A DNA stretch of 64,000 nt from an uncultured Collinsella sp. (GTDB taxonomy: Bacteria > Actinomycetota > Coriobacteriia > Coriobacteriales > Coriobacteriaceae), in NCBI GenBank assembly GCA_938023905.1, contig CALJCO010000011.1:23544-87543 (forward strand), in the 5' to 3' direction. This document shows positions 44,833 to 54,572 of this stretch, piece after piece. Position 1 is the first letter of the stretch. Every line of letters starts with the position of its first letter. A program made the translations under genes and the position numbers. The notes under the pieces are model-generated. The model saw nothing but the letters and a program-made list of their open reading frames with translations, was not told the origin of the DNA and did not search any database.

Positions 44833-47178
44833 CTATGAACGACCCCGTAAAAACTCAAGGGACACCAATGCAATGTCATCGTCCAGCGCCGATTCGGTAA
44901 ATCGGTCAAGCTCGCCCAAGACCTTGCCGCAAATGCCCGACACGCCCTCCCCCGAAACAGAAAGCAGAAGGTCGCGCAAGCGCTGCTCGCCAAAGAACGC
45001 TCCGGTGCGGTCGCGGGCCTCAATCGTTCCATCCGTATACATGAAGAGCATGTCGCCGGGGGCGAACGTAAACACGCCTGTCTCGTACACCATGCTCTCA
45101 AAGGCACCGATTACACCCGATTGGCATCCAAGCAGCTCGACCTCTCCCCCACGAGCCTCGCCGCCACCCAGCGGCATCGACTCTGGCCTGATGACCATGG
45201 TCGGAGGATGGCCCGCCGAACAATACGTTGCGCGTCCGGCTTTAAGGTCAATCTTGGCGATAAAGGCTGTCACGAACGTCTCGACCCTCGAAAAGCCCAT
45301 GAGCATGCTGTTAAGGGAGCGTGCCATGCGGGCCGGTCCAGCGCCCTCCCAAGCATATGCCGTCAGGGCCGTCTTGACGAGCGCGGACATCGATGCGGCC
45401 TCAATGCCTTTGCCAGACACATCACCCAGAATCATGACGGCGCAGTCGTCGGGAAGACGGATGAGCGTATAGAAATCGCCTCCGACCAACGCCGAATTCG
45501 TGGCCGACAGGTACACCGAATCGGTTGCGATACCCGGAACATCCCCCAGGGAATTTCTCATGCCGATCTGGAGGGTCTGAGCGATATGGCGCTCCTCGCG
45601 CTTTTGAGATTCGCCTTCGTAGATCAGTTCAAAGTCATGCGCCAAGTGCACCAAGTAGTCATATTCAAGGTCATCAATCGGCTCTTGGCTGCCATCACGA
45701 AGCAGCAGCGCGCGCGTAGTCGGGCTCTTCGCAACAGAAGCAGGAACAATCGCGTCGTTACTGTGCTTGCCATCACCCTCAGAGCGCGGGCGCCCCGCCT
45801 CGATGCCGGAGTCGACATAGAGACCTTGACAAGGCAGACCATGTGCCCTAAGCCAGCCTCCCATAGGCATCGATTCGTCAACGCGAGTTATACGGACGTG
45901 TTTAAGGTCCTCGGCACTCGTGCCGCCCAAAACAGACGCCTCAAAGCCATCAGGGCCAGCCCCCAGACGTGCCGCTGGCGCCGTCGTGGAAAAGAAAAGC
46001 TTCTCGGGATCGTCCGGCAAAGCAACGCGACTGCCGCCTTCAAAATCTATGACGTAGGAATCCAGACTGGCGTCATACTCAACAGGGCAAAAATGGCAGT
46101 TGAGCATATTGCAGATCTCGGACGATACCGCCTGGGTAGCCGCGGCGGAATCGTCTAGAAAGGTAAACAACTCATCACGTAAGACATTGAGCGAGCGGCC
46201 AAGCTCGGCCGTGCGACGAGAGCGAAGGCTCGATGCCATGCCGACCAGCTGGATAGACAGGTAATCGCAAATGACCTCGAGTACATTAACGTCATAGGCG
46301 AGCGGTGCCTGGGGGCGTTTCCAACCAACTTCCAGCACGCCAAGGACCTGCGTACCGTAAAAAACGGGAAGACAGATCTCGCTGCGGTACGGAGGCATAT
46401 CCTGCACGCGCAACAGGTGCTTAGAACGATTGTCCAGGTCCATGAACATACCGGAGGCGGCCCTATCGCCCTCAAGGTCCTGCTGAATCGACAAGCGACA
46501 GGCACGCGACTCGCGAAGAACATACGTCGGAATGCCAGCGCCATACGGCAAAAACTCGGGCAGGTAGCTGTCGTACAGCTCCTTGGAAACACCGCGTAGC
46601 TTAAAACCGCCGCTCTCAGAAAAATAGATAGCGGCACCCGAAGCATCGAGCGTTCCTACAAGCTGGTTCAAAACGGTATCAAGCAGGCTGGGTAACTCAT
46701 CGGAGCCCACAGTGCTCATAATGACCGAGAGCGTGCCAGAGAGACGTTTGTTCGCCACTCTAAGCTCCGATAACGCACGCTTGAGTTGACGGTCGTGAGA
46801 ATACTGTTCCTCGATACTGTGAAGCGCCACCAGGACACGTGGTGCACGGCGCCCAAAGATGCGTGGAGGCGTTACGGAGCCCGCACGAACCAAGACGGGA
46901 ATAAAGGACCCGTCGCTCAGCTTGAGCATCAGCTCGCTCTCGCAGCCATCGGTCTCAAACGGCAGACGATGTTCGGTCGCGCGCTCAAAGGCAGACGAGT
47001 ACAGAACGTCCTTGACATCACCGTTGATGACGTCAGCGCGCTCCTCGCACATCAGATCGAGCAAACGATTATTCACATGAAGGATGGTTCCGTCGAGCTC
47101 ACAAATGATGACAGCATCGCTCGTGATCTCGACCAGTTGGGCAACGTCTGCCCACTCGTTGCGCTCAAGCGTTTCCAT
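44833..47178 (-). CDS. PAS-GAF-PP2C (SpoIIE/RsbU-type) serine phosphatase
   Basis: ORF 44833..47190. ATG at 47178 (METLERNEW...) with GGTGAGG RBS. N-terminal PAS (ITSDAVIICELDGTILHVNNRL), central GAF-like region, C-terminal PP2C (...DGTIEARD... metal-binding Asp residues). Confidence 0.8.
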   Translation of the reverse strand: METLERNEWADVAQLVEITSDAVIICELDGTILHVNNRLLDLMCEERADVINGDVKDVLYSSAFERATEHRLPFETDGCESELMLKLSDGSFIPVLVRAGSVTPPRIFGRRAPRVLVALHSIEEQYSHDRQLKRALSELRVANKRLSGTLSVIMSTVGSDELPSLLDTVLNQLVGTLDASGAAIYFSESGGFKLRGVSKELYDSYLPEFLPYGAGIPTYVLRESRACRLSIQQDLEGDRAASGMFMDLDNRSKHLLRVQDMPPYRSEICLPVFYGTQVLGVLEVGWKRPQAPLAYDVNVLEVICDYLSIQLVGMASSLRSRRTAELGRSLNVLRDELFTFLDDSAAATQAVSSEICNMLNCHFCPVEYDASLDSYVIDFEGGSRVALPDDPEKLFFSTTAPAARLGAGPDGFEASVLGGTSAEDLKHVRITRVDESMPMGGWLRAHGLPCQGLYVDSGIEAGRPRSEGDGKHSNDAIVPASVAKSPTTRALLLRDGSQEPIDDLEYDYLVHLAHDFELIYEGESQKREERHIAQTLQIGMRNSLGDVPGIATDSVYLSATNSALVGGDFYTLIRLPDDCAVMILGDVSGKGIEAASMSALVKTALTAYAWEGAGPARMARSLNSMLMGFSRVETFVTAFIAKIDLKAGRATYCSAGHPPTMVIRPESMPLGGGEARGGEVELLGCQSGVIGAFESMVYETGVFTFAPGDMLFMYTDGTIEARDRTGAFFGEQRLRDLLLSVSGEGVSGICGKVLGELDRFTESALDDDIALVSLEFLRGRS

Positions 47179-47204
47179 CGTGGACCTCACCGTCTATCGG
47201 TAAC

Positions 47205-47224
47205 AAAAAAGCCTCCGAAGAGGC
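47205..47224 (-). terminator. intrinsic terminator after tRNA-Leu (GCCTC-CGAA-GAGGC + T6), 27 nt upstream of the phosphatase start codon
   Basis: GAAGCCTCTTCGGAGGCTTTTTTGTTAC on the minus strand. Confidence 0.65.
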
Positions 47225-47237
47225 TTCTCAAATGCGA

Positions 47238-47327
47238 TGGTGTCGGAGGCGGGACTTGAACCCGCATGACCAAAAAGCGGTCACTAGCACCTCAAGCTAG
47301 CGCGTCTGCCAATTCCGCCACTCCGAC
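47238..47327 (-). tRNA. tRNA-Leu (anticodon GAG), long variable arm, CCA-encoded
   Basis: GTCGGAGTGGCGGAATTGGCAGACGCGCTAGCTTGAGGTGCTAGTGACCGCTTTTTGGTCATGCGGGTTCAAGTCCCGCCTCCGACACCA (90 nt). Promoter TTGCAC-N18-TATTAT at 47385..47414. Confidence 0.9.
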
Positions 47328-47471
47328 ATGCTATGTTGTTGATTCGCAGTTCGTTTTGTTGGACCCGCGCGTTCAACGAGGAAGATAATAACCTATGATT
47401 CGAGAACTGTGCAAGCACTTTTTTCAAAAAAGTTTACGAATTTGTAATTGCGCAGGTAGACCGACCTGTTC

Positions 47472-47596
47472 GGGCAGGAATGAGGTCGCTTTCCAACGCG
47501 TCCTCGGGCATGCGGCATTATTTTGATCCGCGCTTCGCGCTACAAAATAATGCCGCCCCCTGCGGAATGCGTTGGAAAGCGACCTCATTCCTGCCC
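47472..47596 (+). ncRNA. candidate structured sRNA, 6S-RNA-like architecture (27-bp closing stem, 12/12-nt central bubble GTCCTCGGGCAT / CCCCTGCGGAAT, 14-bp terminal stem, 17-nt loop); strand assignment tentative
   Basis: Long imperfect hairpin with no ORF. Its bubble sequences are shared (as reverse complement) with the element at 47776..47904, while the stems differ but stay paired. Followed by tandem GC hairpins with T-rich tails at 47658..47712. Confidence 0.3.
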
Positions 47597-47657
47597 TAGG
47601 GGCACATGCTTCATGCACAGTTCTCAAACATGTTTTGGGGGCTGATGCAAATTTGGT

Positions 47658-47712
47658 GGCTCGGCAAAGCCGAGCCCTTATATGGGGAGGCCGGAGCCAA
47701 AGCTCCGGCCTC
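47658..47712 (+). terminator. tandem GC-rich hairpins with CAAA tetraloops (GGCTCGG-CAAA-CCGAGCC; GAGGCCGGAGC-CAAA-GCTCCGGCCTC), each followed by a T-rich stretch
   Basis: Perfect 7-bp and 11-bp stems, possibly terminators for the flanking structured element(s). Confidence 0.35.
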
Positions 47713-47775
47713 ACTAACTTTCCTATTAGATTAAGTGAGCGATCAAGGAATCTCACTCCCCTCTGCCGCGTTAAC

Positions 47776-47904
47776 GCAGGGCCCGCCCTGGTGTTGCTTT
47801 TCAGAACATTCCGCAGGACGGAGGAAGCCCCGCAGCGCGCAGCGCGCAGCGGGGCTTCCGATATGTCCGAGGACGTTCTGAAAAGTAACACCAGGCGGGC
47901 CCGG
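47776..47904 (-). ncRNA. second candidate 6S-like structured sRNA (about 30-bp closing stem, 14/15-nt central bubble, 11-bp terminal stem GGAAGCCCCGC/GCGGGGCTTCC, 17-nt loop), opposite orientation to the first; strand tentative
   Basis: Bubble strands are the reverse complements of those of element 1 (GTCCTCGGACATATC ~ GTCCTCGGGCAT; CCGTCCTGCGGAAT ~ CCCCTGCGGAAT). Confidence 0.3.
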
Positions 47905-47918
47905 ACGAGAACAACCGA

Positions 47919-48946
<1,028 letters not shown>

Positions 48947-48947
<1 letters not shown>

Positions 48948-50038
48948 TACGCCTCGCCTCCCTTCTTGGAATCCTTACGCGTACGGGACGTCTCAGGAGC
49001 GTTCTTGAGGAACTCGGGGTCACCAGAGTAGTGGCACGCAGAGTAATGACCAGACTCGGTGACAACGCGCTCGGGGCGCTGCTTGCGGCACTTGTCCGTC
49101 GCATAGGGGCAGCGAGGAGAGAAGACGCAGCCCTCGGGCAGGTTCATGAGCGAAGGCGGGTTGCCGTGAATCGGCGTAAGCGGTTTCTTCTCATCGATAG
49201 CCTGCTCCGGGATGGAGCGGATCAGACCCCAGGTATAGGGGTGACGGCTCTCGTAGAAGATTTCCTCAGCAGTACCGAACTCGACGGGACGGCCGGCGTA
49301 CATAACCATGATCTTGTCGGCCATATCGGCGACGACACCCAGGTCATGGGTAATCATGATGATGGCGTTGCCGTTCTTCTCCTGCATTTCCTGCATAAGC
49401 TCAATAATCTGAGCCTGAATGGTAACGTCCAGGGCAGTCGTGGGCTCGTCGGCAATCAGAATATCGGGATCGCAGGCAAGAGCCATGGCAATCATGACGC
49501 GCTGACGCATACCGCCGGAGAATTGGTGCGGATACTCATTGACGCGCTTCTCGGGCTCGGGAATACCAACGAGGTCCAAAAGCTCGGTGGCGCGCTTGAG
49601 CGCCTCCTGCTTGGAGTAGCCACGGTGCAGACGAAGACCCTCGCCCACCTGCTTGCCGATCTTATAGACCGGGTTCAAGGAGGTCATAGGATCCTGGAAG
49701 ATCATCGCGATATCGTTGCCGCGAATGTGCTGCATCTCTTCCTCGGTCATTTCGAGGATAGAACGACCGCGATAGCGAACGTCGCCGCCCTCAATCTTTC
49801 CCGGAGGCATCGAGATGAGGCCCATGATGGTCATGGCGGTCACGGACTTACCGGAGCCGGACTCACCGACGACACCCAGGGTCTCGCCGCGATCGAGCGT
49901 GTAGGACACACCGTCGACAGCGCGAACGACACCATCCTCGGTGTGGAAATACATCTTAAGGTCATCGACCTCGAGCAGATGCTGGCCCTCGGGAACCGGC
50001 TGGTCCTTCAGGTCCACATAGTTCTTGTTCTTCTTCAT
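48947..50038 (-). CDS. oppD: oligopeptide/dipeptide ABC transporter ATP-binding protein
   Basis: 363 aa. GESGSGKSVT. LSGGMRQR. Confidence 0.9.
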
Positions 50039-50040
50039 CC

Positions 50041-50976
50041 TTATGCGTCCTTCATCTTGACGTCGAGGGCGTCGCGCAGACCGTCACCCAGCAGGGTGAA
50101 GGCGAGCACCGTCGAGAGAATTGCCAGACCGGGCATGATCATCATCCAGGGAGCAGTCAGAAGATACTGCTGACCGTCCTGAATCATGGAGCCCCACGAA
50201 GGCGTAGGCGGAATAACGCCCATGCCGAGGAAGGACAGAGCGGACTCGGTCAGAATGGCGCCACCAATGTTCATAGTCGCGTAGACCACGATGGAGGCAA
50301 CGGAGTTCGGGAAGATGTGACGCACGACGATACGAGCATCGGATGCACCCATCGCGCGCGCAGCGTCAACATAGTCGTTTTCCTTGACCGTCAGGATCGC
50401 GGATCGGAAGACGCGCGCAATAGAAGGCCAGCCGAGAATACCGATGGCGATAAAGACATTCTGAAGACCACGGCCGATAACGGCGATCATGGCGACGACG
50501 AACAGCACGTACGGGAACGCTAGGAAGATATCCGCAAAGCGCATGATGATCGTATCCCAGATTCCGCCGTAGAAACCGGCCAGAGCACCCATGACCAATC
50601 CGATCACCGTGGAGATGGCGGTGGCCATAATGCCGACGGACAGCGAAACGCGTGCACCGTAGATAACGCGGACGAGAATGTCGCGACCAAGGGCGTCGGT
50701 ACCAAACGGGTGCTCGGCACACGGAGCCAGCAGCGACGTCTCGGCCATGGTGGTCGAGTCGGAAGCCGTCGGCGAACCGAGCCAGGGCTTAGCCCACAGA
50801 TCTGCGGTCAGGGCAACCACAACGACGATGATGATCCAGCAGACACCGATAACGGCGAGCTTGTTCTTGCGAAGACGCTTAAAAGCGTCGCCCCACAGCG
50901 TGCGGGACTTGGCGGGAGCAGAGGCGGCCTTGGTGGCGGTAGCCTGCTCCTGAGACTGAGAATCAGTTTCCTGCAT
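50041..50976 (-). CDS. oppC: oligopeptide ABC transporter permease
   Basis: 311 aa, 6 TM, EAA motif. Stop is 2 nt before the oppD start. Confidence 0.9.
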   Translation of the reverse strand: MQETDSQSQEQATATKAASAPAKSRTLWGDAFKRLRKNKLAVIGVCWIIIVVVVALTADLWAKPWLGSPTASDSTTMAETSLLAPCAEHPFGTDALGRDILVRVIYGARVSLSVGIMATAISTVIGLVMGALAGFYGGIWDTIIMRFADIFLAFPYVLFVVAMIAVIGRGLQNVFIAIGILGWPSIARVFRSAILTVKENDYVDAARAMGASDARIVVRHIFPNSVASIVVYATMNIGGAILTESALSFLGMGVIPPTPSWGSMIQDGQQYLLTAPWMMIMPGLAILSTVLAFTLLGDGLRDALDVKMKDA

Positions 50977-50990
50977 GAGACGTACCTCCC

Positions 50991-52028
50991 TTAGGCCTTA
51001 TCCGACGGACCGCCAAGGCGGATGCGCGGGTCGAGGAATGCATAGCTAATGTCGACGAGCAGGTTGATCACCATGACGACGACAACGATGAGCGTAACGC
51101 CGCCCATAACGATGGGCCAGTCACGCATGCTGATGGCGCGGTAGACCTCAGAGCCGATACCGGGCCAGTTAAAGACCGTCTCGGTCAGGATGGCGCCCGA
51201 AAGCATGCCACCGAAGTCGACACCAATATAGGTAACGACGGGGATGAGTGCATTCTTAAGCGCATGCTTGATGATGATCGCGCGATTGGAGAGACCCTTA
51301 GCCTTTGCCGTGCGGATATAATCCTGGTTCATGACGTCGAGCAGTTGCGAGCGCATGATGCGGGCAGCATAGGCGGTCGAAACCGAAGCCAGCGTAATGG
51401 TCGGAAGCACATAGTGCATCCAATCCTGATACTGAGAGCTGGAACCGCCGGCACCCGAGATCGGCATGGAGAATGCACCGCCCGTGGCGTCCTTGAGGAT
51501 GACGCCAAAGAACAGCTGCAGCAGCATACCGAGCCAGAAGGCAGGAACGGCAACGAGGATTGACGTGGTCAGCGTTACCAAAATATCCCAGAAGGAGTAA
51601 CGCTTTACTGCCGAAATGATACCCGCACCGATACCCATGATTGCCTCGAGCACGATGGCGCACGCGGCGAGTTTAACCGTATACGGATACTTCTGAGCAA
51701 AGATTTCCGCAACCGGCAGCTTGCGCTGATACGAATTGCCCAGATCGCCATGAAGCAGACCATTCATGTAATTCAAGTATTGGTCCACAAGCGACGTTGG
51801 AACGGGATCGCCGTTCTCGTCAAGGATCGCGTTGCCGTCCTCGTCCGCCTGGACCAGGTGATAGCGCACGCGAAGTTGAAGCTCTACCTCGGGGGACAGA
51901 GCCTTGTCTCCACCGATCAGCTTGATCGGATCTCCCGGCACGATGTTCTGGAGGGCGAACAGAATCAGCGTTACGCCCAAAAATACCGGGATGAACTGAA
52001 GCACACGTTTAACGATGTACTTACCCAT
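50991..52028 (-). CDS. oppB: oligopeptide ABC transporter permease
   Basis: 345 aa, N-terminal MGKYIVKRVLQFIPVFLGVTLILF typical of OppB/DppB. Confidence 0.9.
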   Translation of the reverse strand: MGKYIVKRVLQFIPVFLGVTLILFALQNIVPGDPIKLIGGDKALSPEVELQLRVRYHLVQADEDGNAILDENGDPVPTSLVDQYLNYMNGLLHGDLGNSYQRKLPVAEIFAQKYPYTVKLAACAIVLEAIMGIGAGIISAVKRYSFWDILVTLTTSILVAVPAFWLGMLLQLFFGVILKDATGGAFSMPISGAGGSSSQYQDWMHYVLPTITLASVSTAYAARIMRSQLLDVMNQDYIRTAKAKGLSNRAIIIKHALKNALIPVVTYIGVDFGGMLSGAILTETVFNWPGIGSEVYRAISMRDWPIVMGGVTLIVVVVMVINLLVDISYAFLDPRIRLGGPSDKA

Positions 52029-52184
52029 ACCACTCCCCTATCTAGGGATTAACCTAAATGGGATGCCGATCGCCAGACCGGCATCCCAAAATTACCATCA
52101 GCCAGTTTACCCCAGGTTAGGGAGAACTGTATGTTTCCCATGAGGTCTACGTAAATACTTGACCCTCACGGAAGCTGCAAACTC

Positions 52185-53861
52185 TTAGGCGAGCTCGGCG
52201 GTACCCAGCTCGGCGTGCTTCTGCGGATCGACATAGAGGTGCTTGATGCGATCGGAGCCAGCGATGGTGTGCGTGTAGAACATCACCGGGATGACCGGGC
52301 AGTCGGCAGCGACCATTGCGTCGGCCTCCTGCATCTTAGCGACGCGCTCTTCGTCGTCAACCGTGGTACGGGCCTCGTCGACCTTGGCGTCGAACTCGGG
52401 GTTGTTGTAACCAGAGCGGTTGTCGCCACCGAGGGAGTCGGAGTGGAACAGCGGATACAGGAAGTTGTCCATGATCGGGTAGTCGGCAATCCAGCCCAGA
52501 CGACCGAACTGATAGTTGAAGTTCTGGTACTGCTCGAGCAGCGCAGACCACTCAGGAGTATCGGAGACGGCGGTAACGCCGACCTTGGCGAGGTCGCCGA
52601 TGATGGACTCCATGATCTCCTTGTGGCCACCGTCCTGGTTGTAGGAAAGGGTCACGTTAATGCCACGATCGCCGTTAGCGCCAGCGGGAGCAACCTTGTC
52701 GAGGTACTCGTTAGCCTTGTCGACGTCGTAGGCGCAGAACTCCCATGCGCCCTCCTTGTAGCCATCGATACCCGGAGGAACAATGCCGTCGGCGGGGGTA
52801 CGGGTACCCTTGAAGATGGTCTTGCAGATGGCCTCCCGGTTGATAGCAAGGGAGATACCCTTGCGCAGGTCGGCGTTGTTGAACGGCTCGGCCGTGGTGT
52901 TGCAGGTCAGGTAGTAGGTGGAAGGCTCGGCGCCGAGCAGTATGCGCTCGCCGTCGCCCATGGTGTAGCCGTCCTTGGACACGCCGCGATCCTTCTTGGC
53001 AGCGTCGATCTGAGCAACGGGAACGTCGCAGATGTCAAGGTTACCGGCCTGGAACTCCTTGTAAGCGGTCTCCACGTCCTTGATGACCTGGAAGTGGATG
53101 CCGTCGATCTTGGCCTTGTCGCCATAGTAATCGTCGAACTTCTTGAGGTTGATCTCCTGACCATCCTCCCACTTGCCGTCCATCATGAACGGGCCGTTAC
53201 CGACCGGTGCAAGATAGAAGCTCTTGGCATCGGACTCGGCGCACTCGGGAACCGGGGCCAGAGCCGGGTGAGAGGCGACGAAGGGGAAGTCGGCGTAAGC
53301 GGAAGACAGCTTGACGACGAGGGTCTCATCGTCGGGGCAGGTAACACCGCTGAGCTCAGTAGCGTTACCGGCAAGCAGATCGTCATAGCCCTCGACCATG
53401 GAAAGGTGATAGGAAACCTCGGACGGGCCATACTCGGTAGCGATGGCCGACTTGGTGTTGACCAGACGCTCCCAACCGAGCTTGAACGACTTGGAGGTAA
53501 CGTCGTCACCGTTGTGGAACTTGGCCTTCTTGATCTTGAAGGTAAACTCGGTGGCGTCGTCGTTGGCCTCGAAGGACTCGCAAGCCAGCGGAACGATCTC
53601 GCCCTTCTCGGCGTCATAAGAGGTCAGAGCGTCAAAGAGCTGGTACTCGACCTGAGTGCCCTGGTCCTCCTGGACATTGTAGGGGTCGATGCAGACCGGG
53701 TTGTTGATGTAGAAGTTCAGCGTCGAACCGGACTCAGAACCGGAAGTGTCGCCGCCCTTCTTGCCGCATGCGGCAAGAAAAGCCATGGAGCTCGCAGCGA
53801 GGGTGCCGCCAACAAAGGCGCGACGACCCATAACGGGCTGGTGGAACATAGAATCAGCCAT
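52185..53861 (-). CDS. oppA: oligopeptide ABC transporter substrate-binding lipoprotein (family 5 SBP)
   Basis: ORF 52185..53909. ATG at 53861 (MADSMFHQPVMGRRAFVGGTLAASSMAFLAACG) 5 nt after AAGGAGG. RR motif plus lipobox. Confidence 0.85.
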   Translation of the reverse strand: MADSMFHQPVMGRRAFVGGTLAASSMAFLAACGKKGGDTSGSESGSTLNFYINNPVCIDPYNVQEDQGTQVEYQLFDALTSYDAEKGEIVPLACESFEANDDATEFTFKIKKAKFHNGDDVTSKSFKLGWERLVNTKSAIATEYGPSEVSYHLSMVEGYDDLLAGNATELSGVTCPDDETLVVKLSSAYADFPFVASHPALAPVPECAESDAKSFYLAPVGNGPFMMDGKWEDGQEINLKKFDDYYGDKAKIDGIHFQVIKDVETAYKEFQAGNLDICDVPVAQIDAAKKDRGVSKDGYTMGDGERILLGAEPSTYYLTCNTTAEPFNNADLRKGISLAINREAICKTIFKGTRTPADGIVPPGIDGYKEGAWEFCAYDVDKANEYLDKVAPAGANGDRGINVTLSYNQDGGHKEIMESIIGDLAKVGVTAVSDTPEWSALLEQYQNFNYQFGRLGWIADYPIMDNFLYPLFHSDSLGGDNRSGYNNPEFDAKVDEARTTVDDEERVAKMQEADAMVAADCPVIPVMFYTHTIAGSDRIKHLYVDPQKHAELGTAELA

Positions 53862-54104
53862 GCCATCCTCCTTATGAGATAGGACAAAGAAATGTTCAGT
53901 CGGACACATGTCGAGGCAATCCGATCCGAACCATCAAAACGCCGTCCGTTGCTATGGCTGGTTATGCACAACGGAGCAACGTTTTGCAATACAGTAGCGC
54001 ATTTTATGCACGATTTGGGGCTAATTCCGGTTAACGGTCGAGAATTTCTTTAGTTGGGCGAAGTATGTGGTGATATTCTGGCTCTGTTACAAGTCTGTAA
54101 ACAA

Positions 54105-54133
54105 AAAAGGCCCCGCACATACGGGACCCTTTT
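54105..54133 (-). terminator. intrinsic terminator after secG (GGGTCCCG / CGGGGCC stem + T6)
   Basis: AAAAGGGTCCCGTATGTGCGGGGCCTTTTTTG on the minus strand. Confidence 0.55.
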
Positions 54134-54154
54134 CAAACGTATATACGCCGATGC

Positions 54155-54409
54155 TTAGTAGCCGACGATGCCCTGCGGGAAGAAGAACATGCACAGGACG
54201 ACGCACGCGGCAAAAACAACGGCCATAATTACCGTCAGGCGATCGAGGTTCTGCTCCATGACGCCCGTGGCAGAGCTGGAGTTATACAGCGAGCTAGCGA
54301 TCATATCCGAAACGCCGATGCCCTTACCGGAATGCATCAGGACGAGAATCGTCAGCGCCACGGCAGAGACAGCCCAAACGACAAACAGAAGAATCTGGAA
54401 CGGACCCAT
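54155..54409 (-). CDS. secG: preprotein translocase subunit SecG
   Basis: 84 aa, two TM segments, LMHSGKGIGVSD motif. Conserved position after the glycolytic operon. Confidence 0.8.
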   Translation of the reverse strand: MGPFQILLFVVWAVSAVALTILVLMHSGKGIGVSDMIASSLYNSSSATGVMEQNLDRLTVIMAVVFAACVVLCMFFFPQGIVGY

Positions 54410-54513
54410 AGATAAGCTCCTTAATAGAACAGTTCAAACTCCAGTACTGTACCACAATCCCCCGCTCTCCCCTACCTGCCACTCAAGGACGGGGCGGAAA
54501 TGGCAGAAATACC

Positions 54514-54546
54514 AAAAAGGGGGTTGTCCGGTTGTGGACAACCCCC
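54514..54546 (-). terminator. intrinsic terminator after gpmI (11-bp perfect stem GGGGGTTGTCC / GGACAACCCCC + T5)
   Basis: Hairpin followed by TTTTTGG on the minus strand, 27 nt after the gpmI stop. Confidence 0.75.
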
Positions 54547-54572
54547 TTACTAGAAAACGGTATTTGTTTTCT

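Noticed and set aside
47472-47904. CRISPR array, tmRNA, SRP RNA or RNase P RNA as explanations for the repeats at 47.47-47.90 kb
   Set aside because: The repeats are inverted, not direct with unique spacers, so this is not a CRISPR array. There is no tRNA-like 3' end or tag-peptide ORF (tmRNA). There is no GGAA-tetraloop domain IV (SRP). There is no P4/P10-12 conserved RNase P motif. The GGAAGC match to SRP domain IV is too short to count.
52215-53882. 555-aa plus-strand ORF antisense to oppA
   Set aside because: Gly/Val/Leu/Asp-rich low-complexity antisense translation.
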